A stretch of DNA of 20,231 nucleotides from an uncultured Myxococcales bacterium (GCA_964013405.1 CAXGWI010000056.1:1-20231), one strand, 5' to 3'; counted from the first letter of the stretch, positions 6,803 through 14,715 are shown. The notes: generated by a model not told the origin, from the sequence alone. Numbers and translations: made by a program.

Positions 6803-8869
6803 TTAGTGACTGGGCAGATCGTCGATCTTGATGATTTCGTCCAGATCCAACTCCAGATCGAGCCCGCCGAGGCGCACCCAGGCCCGGTCCCCTTGAATCC
6901 GATCGAGGCTCCCTTTGACCCCCGTTGAGAGCACTTTGACTCGATCGCCAGCGACGGGCCTGGGCCCCGATGGGACCCGGGGGCGATCCACGGGGGGGAC
7001 CGCATCTTGGTATTGGCTGCGCAATGCTCTCACATCATCATAGAGGGCCTCGCCCTCCCGGCGTAGCGAAGGATCCAAGCGGGGGTCGTCCCGCAAACGC
7101 TTGACCGCTTCCCGCAAGTCCGCCTGCAGGCCATCGAGGCGGGCGAGGCCTGCCCGGGTGAGGGCCTCCCGCTGGTCCGCTCGGCGGCGGCGGGCTTTGA
7201 CCTCCTTGTCGTCCACATGGGCTTCCCGCTTGGCCAGCTTCGCCTCCCTTTGATTGAGGGCCTCCTCCCGCCGCTCGAGCGCCAAACTGTCCCCTTTGAA
7301 CTGCTCGATCCGTTGCTCGAGATGTTCCTGCTGCCGATCCAGATCCTGGAGTTGATCCAGGCGCTGGTTACGCCCCCTGTCTAGGTAGGTCCTGGCGGCG
7401 GCGATCACCGGCTCTGGCAGGCCTTCAGAGAGGGCGGTCGCCAAGGGGTCGGCCGTTGAGACCTCGTCTCGATGTAGCTGAAAGGCCCGGTCCCGGCCCG
7501 GATCAAAAAAGGCGGCGGTTCGCATGGACGGGTGGGTTTGACCCAAGGACTTCACCGGATCGTAGTGGGTCGTGACGATTTGAAAGCCATCTTGCTGACA
7601 CAGCGATTCCGCCACGGCACAGGCGAGCGCACTCCCGGCAACCGGTTCCGTCCCACTGCACAGTTCGTCCACGAGCACCAAGTCGGCCGGCGATTCCAAG
7701 AGGGCCACCAAGCGCCGTAGGTGGGCTTGAAAGGTGGATGCCCCCGTCTCGAGGTGACTGGGGTCACCGATCACCGCGGCCAGACGAAAGGGCGGCGGCG
7801 GCAACTCGATCGACTCGGCTGGAACGGGCAGACCCCGCTGAACCAAGGCCCAGGCCCAGCCGATGCTGGTGAGCAAAACCGACTTCCCGCCGCCGTTGGG
7901 GCCACTAACCACCAGCAGCCCCCGGTCCCGCTCCAACCTGAGATCGGACGGCACCGGATCCTCGATGCCGGCCAGCAGCAAGGCCGTGGGTCGCAGGCCC
8001 TTGAACTGGAGTCGTTCCAGGCAAAACTGAGGCCGGATGCCACCAAAACTGCGGGCAAACTCCCCCCGAACCCGGTCGGCTTCCAGGCGCCCGAAACAGC
8101 CCAGATCCACCTGGAGCTCCTTGGCCCGTTCGGCCAACTGGGCGCAGAGGGAGCGAATAATTCGCTCCTCCTCCGCATCGAGGGCTTCTTGGGCCTGTTC
8201 GAGCGCCTGCTGGCGATCGGCGAGGACCGCGGGCTCCACAAAAGCCGTGGCGCCACTGCGACTGCTGTCCCGGACTTTACCCTTGAGACGGTTCTGCATC
8301 CCGGCCCGAACTGGCACGACCTGTCGATCGCGCCGTTGGGTCACAAAGCGGTCCTGGAGAATGCCTTGGCGGTTCAAGTCCTCGACCACCTCCTCCGCGC
8401 TCTCGCTCAAACGACGCCGGGCGCCGGCCAGGGCTCGCCGCAGCCCCCCGAGAGCTTCGCTGGCCTCATCCCGCAACTGACCATCAGCGCCCAGGGCCCG
8501 AACCAAAACCCGAGCCAGGGCATCATAGTCAGCCAGCTCCTCTAAAGGCTGCCGGATCGGCGCCGGGTAGTCCGCGCCCCGGGATCTAAGATCGCAGAGA
8601 AGACTCACCAAGAGGGAAAGGGACCGCAAGGCCTCCAGCTCGAGAATCCCCCCCCGAAGTAAGCGCTTCAGATAGGGACCCACATCGGTCTCGAACTCGG
8701 TGTCGAGGTCATCCACATGCCGCCAGGCCTCGGCCGCATCAAACCGGCGCTCTAACTCGGCGCCAGAGGCCAGGGGATGGGCCTGTAACTCAAACAGACC
8801 CCAGGGATTCTTCGCAGCCTGCTCGATCCAGGCATCGAGGCGCCCAAGACCCAGGGCCTCTCGATGCAC
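6803..8869 (-). CDS. mutS2: MutS2-family ATPase (RqcU-like) ending at the KOW domain, without Smr
   Basis: SSRSGATAFVEP, Walker A SGPNGGGKS, STFQAH signature, Walker B LVLVDELCSGTEP, TTHY, a long coiled coil, then KOW-like VAGDRVKVLSTGVKG...AWVRLGG and stop. Confidence 0.9.
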   Translation of the reverse strand: MHREALGLGRLDAWIEQAAKNPWGLFELQAHPLASGAELERRFDAAEAWRHVDDLDTEFETDVGPYLKRLLRGGILELEALRSLSLLVSLLCDLRSRGADYPAPIRQPLEELADYDALARVLVRALGADGQLRDEASEALGGLRRALAGARRRLSESAEEVVEDLNRQGILQDRFVTQRRDRQVVPVRAGMQNRLKGKVRDSSRSGATAFVEPAVLADRQQALEQAQEALDAEEERIIRSLCAQLAERAKELQVDLGCFGRLEADRVRGEFARSFGGIRPQFCLERLQFKGLRPTALLLAGIEDPVPSDLRLERDRGLLVVSGPNGGGKSVLLTSIGWAWALVQRGLPVPAESIELPPPPFRLAAVIGDPSHLETGASTFQAHLRRLVALLESPADLVLVDELCSGTEPVAGSALACAVAESLCQQDGFQIVTTHYDPVKSLGQTHPSMRTAAFFDPGRDRAFQLHRDEVSTADPLATALSEGLPEPVIAAARTYLDRGRNQRLDQLQDLDRQQEHLEQRIEQFKGDSLALERREEALNQREAKLAKREAHVDDKEVKARRRRADQREALTRAGLARLDGLQADLREAVKRLRDDPRLDPSLRREGEALYDDVRALRSQYQDAVPPVDRPRVPSGPRPVAGDRVKVLSTGVKGSLDRIQGDRAWVRLGGLDLELDLDEIIKIDDLPSH

Positions 8870-9835
8870 TTACTTCACAGCCGCTTCGCAGGCCTTCACT
8901 CGACCGCGCTTGCCGATGGTCAGACTCAGGACCATCGCACCCTTGCGGCCTTCTTCGCTCACCGTCGTTTTGGGGCCCGGTGGAAAACGCCACCGCGTCG
9001 CCGAGGGACAAATGCAGCGGGTGAAAGATTTCCTGCGCCGCTTTCGGTCACCGCCGCGCTTTTTCGCCTCAGCCACGCAGTCGGTGATTTCGGAACGGTG
9101 CCTTTCAAGGACCCGTAGGATCGCCGCATTGCGTTGGGGCTTGATGGCATCCAGCTTTTTCTGCGCCTTGCGCACGGCCTGTCGTTGACCCCTCGCCAAA
9201 CTGCGGGAGGGCAGGATGTATTCAGTCTCTCGGCTGGTCTGGAACCGGCGCACCTGACAACCCGAGGTGGAGACAGAGGCACGGATTTGTTTGACGGTGG
9301 CTTGGTCGGCCCCGTCGAGGCTAGCGATGGCCGCCAGATTCTCCAGACACCCGCAATTCAGCTTGCGTACAGGCCTTCCACCGATGCCTTTAACGGACCA
9401 ATCCCGCACGGCCCCCGCCTCCTTTGGCGCCAGTCGAGACTCCATGGCGAACGCATTGGGCAACTCGCAGGCTTTCCCCACGGCGTGCAGAGCCCACTTG
9501 ATCTTCCAGGGGGCCACACGCCCCTTCGCACCGGCGAGCTTCTTGCGCAGATCACCCGTGAGCGTCATGGCCTCCTGAAGGTAGCTCGCTCGAACCTTCG
9601 CTTGTTTGACATAGTCGGGGTGACGGGGGCTGAGGCCTGCACTTTTGGGGGCGTTGGCCGTCAGGAGCGCCAGACGACAGGCGATGCCGGGGGAGCTGCC
9701 CTTGCGCAGCAGGGTCGTGCGGGTGCACCGAAGCACGCCTAGGTCCCGAACCCGGGCAAGCGCGGCCTGATCCTTGGCGAGTTGGGTCACATTGGCGCTC
9801 GGGCTGATGGCCAGAAAGACAAGGCTGCTGATCAT
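8870..9835 (-). CDS. Hypothetical secreted, basic, Cys-rich protein with a C-terminal TonB_C/AgmX-PglI-like domain
   Basis: Signal-like N-terminus MISSLVFLAISPSA; 10 Cys; C-terminal elements ILRVLERHRSEITDC, RCIC....RWRFPP and MVLSLTIGKRGRV. Preceded by a GAGGAG RBS and abuts the mutS2 start. Confidence 0.75.
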   Translation of the reverse strand: MISSLVFLAISPSANVTQLAKDQAALARVRDLGVLRCTRTTLLRKGSSPGIACRLALLTANAPKSAGLSPRHPDYVKQAKVRASYLQEAMTLTGDLRKKLAGAKGRVAPWKIKWALHAVGKACELPNAFAMESRLAPKEAGAVRDWSVKGIGGRPVRKLNCGCLENLAAIASLDGADQATVKQIRASVSTSGCQVRRFQTSRETEYILPSRSLARGQRQAVRKAQKKLDAIKPQRNAAILRVLERHRSEITDCVAEAKKRGGDRKRRRKSFTRCICPSATRWRFPPGPKTTVSEEGRKGAMVLSLTIGKRGRVKACEAAVK

Positions 9836-9848
9836 GACAGTCGACTCC

Positions 9849-10109
9849 TCAGCGCATCGTCAGGGCCCCAAGGACCCCGATCAGGGCCAAGCCCCCTGCG
9901 TAGATTTGGAAGAACACAGGATCTACGGTGAGGCGAGCCCTGATTTCCTCGTCATTTTCGCCGCAAGCGGCCCGGGCGCCCAAGTAGTCGCCAGCGGCAA
10001 ACAAACGCTGCGCTTCGCTGGTTGTCTCTTCGGCAACGGCCGGGGCCGATAACGGCGCCCCCTCGGCCCGTTGCTTGGCCTTCTTTGCGGATTTCTTTCG
10101 CTTGCTCAT
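9849..10109 (-). CDS. Small tail-anchored membrane protein (86 aa)
   Basis: AAGGAGGAG RBS; ATGA overlap with the rarA stop; Lys-rich N-terminus; single C-terminal hydrophobic helix after DP. Confidence 0.75.
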   Translation of the reverse strand: MSKRKKSAKKAKQRAEGAPLSAPAVAEETTSEAQRLFAAGDYLGARAACGENDEEIRARLTVDPVFFQIYAGGLALIGVLGALTMR

Positions 10110-11389
10110 GACTCCTCCTTTGCCCCGCCGACGGGCTGCCGTCCAGAGGTCCTGACCGGCGGGCGGCCTTGCTCCATCCCCAGACCACTGGGTCGGTAGT
10201 AAACCTTGCCCTGGAGTACGCTGGGCAACAGACTTTGATTCACTGGGGCCCGGTGCGGATTGACGTAGCCCTCCCCCCGACCCTGTTCCCGGTGGACCGC
10301 AGTCGGTGCTGGCAGCAGGTCGAGGGGGATGGGGGGCCAGGCCCGACCAACCAAGTCAGCCTTGGCCGCCTCATAGGCCCGGTAGCCGGCATCGGACTTG
10401 GGCCCGCAACTCAGGTACAGACTGGCTTGGATCAGGGCGAATCGGCCTTCGGGCAAACCGAGGAATTGAACGGCCTGAGCAGCGGCGTTGGCGAGCACCA
10501 ACCCATGGGGATCTGCGTTCCCCACGTCTTCCGACGCGAAGATCACCAAACGCCGTGCGATGAAGAGAGGATCCTCCCCCCCTTCGATCAAGCGCACGAG
10601 ATAGTGGAGTGTGGCTTCTGGGTCGCTAGCTCGCATCGCCTTGATGAAGGCCGAAACCGTATCGTAATGGTCCGAGCCCTTCGCCTCGTAGCTGCCGCCA
10701 CCGCTGCCCGCGGCGGTGGTGATATCTGCAAGCCGAATCGGCCCCTCGCTGAGCGGCGCTGCCCACTCCAACAGGTTCAACAAACGACGACCATCCCCCC
10801 CAGCCACACGCAGCAAGAGCGCCCTCGCCTCGGCTTCGATGCTCCAATGCTCTTGGGCCAAGGCCCGACCTAAAAGCGTATCCAAATCCTGTTCGGCCAA
10901 AGCATCCAACTGGATCAAGCTGCATCGGGACCGCAAGGCCGGGGACAAGGCGAAGCCGGGATGTTCCGTGGTGGCTGCGATCAAGACCAGCCGGCCCGAC
11001 TCCACCAGGGGCAGCAGAAAGTCCTGCTGAACCTTGCTGAAGCGATGGACTTCGTCGAGGAACAGCACCGTCGGTCGACCATGAAGGGCTTGTCGTTCCT
11101 CAGCCTCAGCGGCAACGGCACGAAGCTCGGGAATTCCGACCCGAACGGCGGACAGCTCGACGAGGTGGGCATCGTTGCGGTCTGCGAGCAGACGAGCGAG
11201 GGTTGTCTTCCCCACCCCCGGGGGACCCCACATCACCAACGAGCAAAGGCGCCCGCCCTCGACCACCGACTGCAGCACGGAGCTTCCCTTGAGGACATCG
11301 TGGTGACCGACGACCTCGGCCAAGGACTGGGGGCGCATTCGGTCGGCAAGGGGCTGGTGGGCCCGAGCCCGTTGTTTGAAGAGTTCCAT
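10106..11389 (-). CDS. rarA: Replication-associated recombination protein A (RarA/MgsA AAA+ ATPase)
   Basis: PLADRMRP, WGPPGVGKTT, LFLDEVHRF..QQD, HYDTVSAFIKAMRASDP, ASEDVGNADP. Confidence 0.95.
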   Translation of the reverse strand: MELFKQRARAHQPLADRMRPQSLAEVVGHHDVLKGSSVLQSVVEGGRLCSLVMWGPPGVGKTTLARLLADRNDAHLVELSAVRVGIPELRAVAAEAEERQALHGRPTVLFLDEVHRFSKVQQDFLLPLVESGRLVLIAATTEHPGFALSPALRSRCSLIQLDALAEQDLDTLLGRALAQEHWSIEAEARALLLRVAGGDGRRLLNLLEWAAPLSEGPIRLADITTAAGSGGGSYEAKGSDHYDTVSAFIKAMRASDPEATLHYLVRLIEGGEDPLFIARRLVIFASEDVGNADPHGLVLANAAAQAVQFLGLPEGRFALIQASLYLSCGPKSDAGYRAYEAAKADLVGRAWPPIPLDLLPAPTAVHREQGRGEGYVNPHRAPVNQSLLPSVLQGKVYYRPSGLGMEQGRPPVRTSGRQPVGGAKEES

Positions 11390-11401
11390 CGTTTGCCGTC
11401 C

Positions 11402-12202
11402 CTAAACCTGGGGGGAGCGTCCCCAGCCCAGCTTCTTGCGCAGGTGTTCGAGGGCGTCATCGTCCCCTTCCCGCAACAGGGTGATGGGCGTGGCGGCTTT
11501 GGTGATCCGAACCACCTGGTCGTGGACCATGGCAAATCGGGCTTGGCCATCGACGCTCAACCAGCCCTCACCATGAATTTGGACCTCAAGGCTCTCGTCA
11601 GGCCGCAGGACAAGGGGGCGAAAGCTGAAGGAATGGGGCGCCACAGGCACCACGACCATGGCTTCGAGGTCCGGGGCGAGGACGGGTCCCCCTGCGGACA
11701 GGGCATAGGCTGTACTGCCCGTCGGCGTCGCCACAAGGAGGGCGTCCCCCCGCAATCGAGCCAGGGTCTCGCCATTGCGCCGGAGACTAAACTCACCGAT
11801 GCGGCCGGCCTCAGCGCCACTGATGACCACCTCGTTAAGGGCCGGCCCCAGGGCAGCCATCGAGCCGCTTGAGACCTGTAGTCGCATCCGTGACTCCCGC
11901 TCCAAGCGGCCGGCCAAGGCCGCATCCAAAGCCGTTTTCGCCGCGCTGGGAGAAAAGGGCGTCAAATAGCCGAGCCTGCCCAAGTTGACACCGAGGACTG
12001 AAGCCCCTGAAGATCCCCACTCCCGGGCCCACTCGATCAGGGTGCCATCACCGCCAAGCACGATGACGAGATCACTGGCCTGCAGTTGCTCTTCGGGCTC
12101 CAAGGTACCGATATCGACGCCAGATCCCCCGTGGGCGATCAAGGCCTGGGCGAGGGACAGGGCCTGGTCGCTGCCCTCCTTACAGAAGAGTCGCACCCTC
12201 AT
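11402..12202 (-). CDS. nadK: NAD(+) kinase
   Basis: LGGDGT, GVNLGRLGYL, LNE, TPTGSTAYALSAGGP and DGQ motifs. ATGA overlap with the motB2 stop. Confidence 0.95.
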   Translation of the reverse strand: MRVRLFCKEGSDQALSLAQALIAHGGSGVDIGTLEPEEQLQASDLVIVLGGDGTLIEWAREWGSSGASVLGVNLGRLGYLTPFSPSAAKTALDAALAGRLERESRMRLQVSSGSMAALGPALNEVVISGAEAGRIGEFSLRRNGETLARLRGDALLVATPTGSTAYALSAGGPVLAPDLEAMVVVPVAPHSFSFRPLVLRPDESLEVQIHGEGWLSVDGQARFAMVHDQVVRITKAATPITLLREGDDDALEHLRKKLGWGRSPQV

Positions 12203-13014
12203 GGTTTGCGGGGCAGGATCCGCTGCCCAGCCCCTTCGCCACCCCCTTTGGTGGGGGCGCGAAGGCGCGCCGCATCGTCCTGTTTTAGACTCTTGGACTC
12301 AGCCCCCTTCATACGCTCGATGAAGCTGATTTCAATGCGTCTATTCTTCTGCCTGCCCCACTTGGTGGTGTTGGGAAAGACGGGCTCGAAAGCCCCCTTG
12401 CCCAAGGCGAGGACCCGACTCACATCGAGGGGCTCTGAATTGATGAGATAGTTGATCACCCGAGCCGATCGGGCCGCGGATAAATCCAGATTGGATCGAA
12501 AGGCCCGGGTCCGAAAGGGGCGGCTGTCCGTATGGGCCTCCACCAAGATATTCGCCTCGCTCTTGGCCGCCCGCACCGCGACTTCATCGAGAAAGCCGTA
12601 ATAACGGGGGTCGATGAGTTTTTGGCCCGATGGAAACATCCCATCACCGTTAAACCGCAAGGTGACCCGGTCCATGGTGCGCACCACCTCCGGTTGAATG
12701 ATCTCCATATCCTCGGGGGGGAATCGGGGCACCACGCTCTCGTTCAAGGTCTTCTCAAGGGCCTTCGCATTGAAGTTCGGATCCGGGTTCATCTCGATCA
12801 GATCCAAGGCTCCGGGGGGCTTAATCGTGACATCTGACTCCAGACCGAAGGCCTGCTTAACGTTACCAAAAGTCGATACGTACTGCTGGGGGCTGGTGAT
12901 TTTCGAAAAGGAAAGAAGCAACACGAAGAAGGTGAGCAACAGACTCATGAGATCGCCAAAGGTCACCACCCATGCGGGCGCCCCTTTGATGATGATGATC
13001 TTCGGCTTCTTCAT
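12199..13014 (-). CDS. motB: Stator B subunit (MotB/PomB) with intact OmpA-like peptidoglycan-binding domain (copy 2)
   Basis: TM WVVTFGDLMSLLLTFFVLLLSF with the conserved Asp; OmpA-like FPSG, VEAHTD, NLDLSAARS, NRRIEI. Confidence 0.92.
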   Translation of the reverse strand: MKKPKIIIIKGAPAWVVTFGDLMSLLLTFFVLLLSFSKITSPQQYVSTFGNVKQAFGLESDVTIKPPGALDLIEMNPDPNFNAKALEKTLNESVVPRFPPEDMEIIQPEVVRTMDRVTLRFNGDGMFPSGQKLIDPRYYGFLDEVAVRAAKSEANILVEAHTDSRPFRTRAFRSNLDLSAARSARVINYLINSEPLDVSRVLALGKGAFEPVFPNTTKWGRQKNRRIEISFIERMKGAESKSLKQDDAARLRAPTKGGGEGAGQRILPRKP

Positions 13015-13802
13015 TTGGCCTTGCCCCGACCCGGCCGGATCCCCCGGGCAAAGAAGACAAACTCGGTGATGTTGACCACCTTGTCTGGGTAGTTCTTCCC
13101 TTCGAGAACCCGCATCCCCCTCGGGCTCGCCGAGGGAATCACCTCTGCGGCTTTGACCCCCTTGACCCGGGTCCCCACCAGGTTCTCAGCACCGATCACC
13201 GCCCGTCGAGCCGCCGCTTCCAACTTGCTCACCCCATCGGCCCGCTTACGTCCCCGCTCCCGTAGGTCCATGCTGAACTGCTCGGTGGAAAGGACCTGGA
13301 CCTCAAGCCGAGCGTTGGCCTCTACCATCGTTTCAGCCATCACCTTCAGAACCGGCTTACTCCTTCGTTCTAAGGACTCACCGCCGGCCTCGAAGAGGTT
13401 GGGCGCAACGAAGCGAACCAAGACACCGCGCACATCGGTAAAACGCTCCACAGCACCGAAGTCATGACCCGGTGGGAACGAGTCTCGAACCTTCTTTTTG
13501 ATGATCGATTCAATGCTTTGATTGAAATCCCGTCGATTGAAGGTCTTAGCGATCACATTTTCGCTGCGAGGCATTTCGTAGATGGGATCTTTTTTCTGGA
13601 TCCCGAGGGCTTGGTCGATGGAGCCCCGGACCACTTTAAAGCGTTCCGGATCCATGGTGGCGAAACTCAGGAGCAGCACGAAGAAGGTGAGTAGGAGGCT
13701 CATCAGGTCGCCGAAGGTCACGACCCAGCCGGGTGCACCCTCGCGAACCGTCTTGATCTTCTGGAGACCTTCCTCCTCTTCCAACTCCTCCTCTTCGGAC
13801 AC
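13011..13802 (-). CDS. motB: Stator B subunit (MotB/PomB) with degenerate OmpA-like domain (copy 1)
   Basis: Same TM motif WVVTFGDLMSLLLTFFVLLLSF and a plug helix; the C-terminal domain keeps LFEAG but has no GHTD or NRR(V/I)E. GTG start follows GGGAGG. Confidence 0.85.
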   Translation of the reverse strand: MSEEEELEEEEGLQKIKTVREGAPGWVVTFGDLMSLLLTFFVLLLSFATMDPERFKVVRGSIDQALGIQKKDPIYEMPRSENVIAKTFNRRDFNQSIESIIKKKVRDSFPPGHDFGAVERFTDVRGVLVRFVAPNLFEAGGESLERRSKPVLKVMAETMVEANARLEVQVLSTEQFSMDLRERGRKRADGVSKLEAAARRAVIGAENLVGTRVKGVKAAEVIPSASPRGMRVLEGKNYPDKVVNITEFVFFARGIRPGRGKAK

Positions 13803-13827
13803 GGCCTAGACCCTCCCGGCGCGTACC

Positions 13828-14586
13828 CTACTCGTCATCGCCACGCCCGCTCGCGGGCAGATTTGCGATCAGCATACTGCGAATCGCGTTGGGGTTCGTA
13901 TCCCCCCGACCAATGGCCACCACGCCCTCAAGAATCAGGCGCTTGGCGAAGAGCTCTTCCTCGGATCGGAAGGCCAACTTATCGGCGATGGGCAGACAGA
14001 GCAGGTTGGCGATCATCGCCCCATAGAGCGTCGTCAAGAGTGCCACCGCCATCGCAGGACCGATGGCGGATGGATCCTCCATGGCCGAGAGCATCTGCAC
14101 CAAACCGATCAAGGTGCCGATCATGCCGAAGGCCGGTGCCACATCGCCCCCCATCTTATAGAGGCCGATGTTGGTGTCGTGACGGGCTTGAATCTGTCCC
14201 AACTCTGTCTCGAGGTTGCGCTTGATCTGACCTGCATCCACACCATCGACCACTTGGGCGATGGCCTGGCGCATAAAGGGGTCTTCCGGCTCCACGGATT
14301 CCAAGGCGAGGACGCCTTCCTTGCGGGCGAGGCGAGCCATTTCGACGATTTGTTCGATGAGCGCCATCGGGGCCGGTGGTGCGGCGAAAAAGGCAGCTTT
14401 TACCACCTTGAGACCATTGATGGCATCGGCCACGGGAAAACGCATCAGCAGGGTTGCGATCGTGCCACCCACAACGATCAACAAGGAAGGCACGTTGACG
14501 AAGATCAGCGCATTGCCACCGTTAACGATGGCAGCACCCACCAAGCCAATGCCGACGAGCAGTCCAATTAGAGTGGCGAGATCCAT
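13828..14586 (-). CDS. motA: Flagellar-type stator A subunit (MotA/PomA)
   Basis: MDLATLIG, PSLLIVVGGT, ARKEGVLALE (rotor-contact R/E), APAFGMIGTLIGLVQML, IGPAMAVALLTTLYG; 252 aa, PomA-like length. Confidence 0.95.
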   Translation of the reverse strand: MDLATLIGLLVGIGLVGAAIVNGGNALIFVNVPSLLIVVGGTIATLLMRFPVADAINGLKVVKAAFFAAPPAPMALIEQIVEMARLARKEGVLALESVEPEDPFMRQAIAQVVDGVDAGQIKRNLETELGQIQARHDTNIGLYKMGGDVAPAFGMIGTLIGLVQMLSAMEDPSAIGPAMAVALLTTLYGAMIANLLCLPIADKLAFRSEEELFAKRLILEGVVAIGRGDTNPNAIRSMLIANLPASGRGDDE

Positions 14587-14621
14587 CGGTGCTGGGCTTA
14601 CACTCCCCTGACTTCGGGGGC

Positions 14622-14650
14622 ACGGTACAGAAGGAAATGGGAACCCTCAA
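14622..14650 (-). promoter_or_regulatory. Candidate sigma70-type promoter for the motA block
   Basis: Minus strand TTGAGG (14650-14645), 17 nt spacer, TACCGT (14627-14622), 35 nt upstream of the motA ATG in the divergent intergenic region. Partial consensus match only. Confidence 0.35.
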
Positions 14651-14715
14651 GGTCGGGAAAAGACTGGTGCTCCCTTTGCCCCTATGGCAGGTGCGATCGC
14701 CGCCCGGGAGAACCC

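Noticed and set aside
6772..7005. Alternate-frame ORF containing IGFKGTG, reminiscent of Smr IIHGKGTG
   Set aside because: It overlaps the well-formed KOW coding frame and has no other Smr motif; a chance match.
12199..14586. Zorya (ZorAB) anti-phage system or TolQR/ExbBD
   Set aside because: MotA is 252 aa with no long ZorA tail, no ZorC/D/E genes are nearby, and the TM motifs are PomA/PomB-type rather than ExbD/TolR-type.
14605..14620. Short CCCC...GGGG hairpin in the motA leader
   Set aside because: Only 4-5 bp, no U-tract, and common by chance at this GC content.
14685..14700. Sigma54-like TGGCAG...TCGC upstream of the PP2C gene
   Set aside because: GG-to-GC spacing is 11 rather than the required 10 nt, and it lies too close to the start codon.
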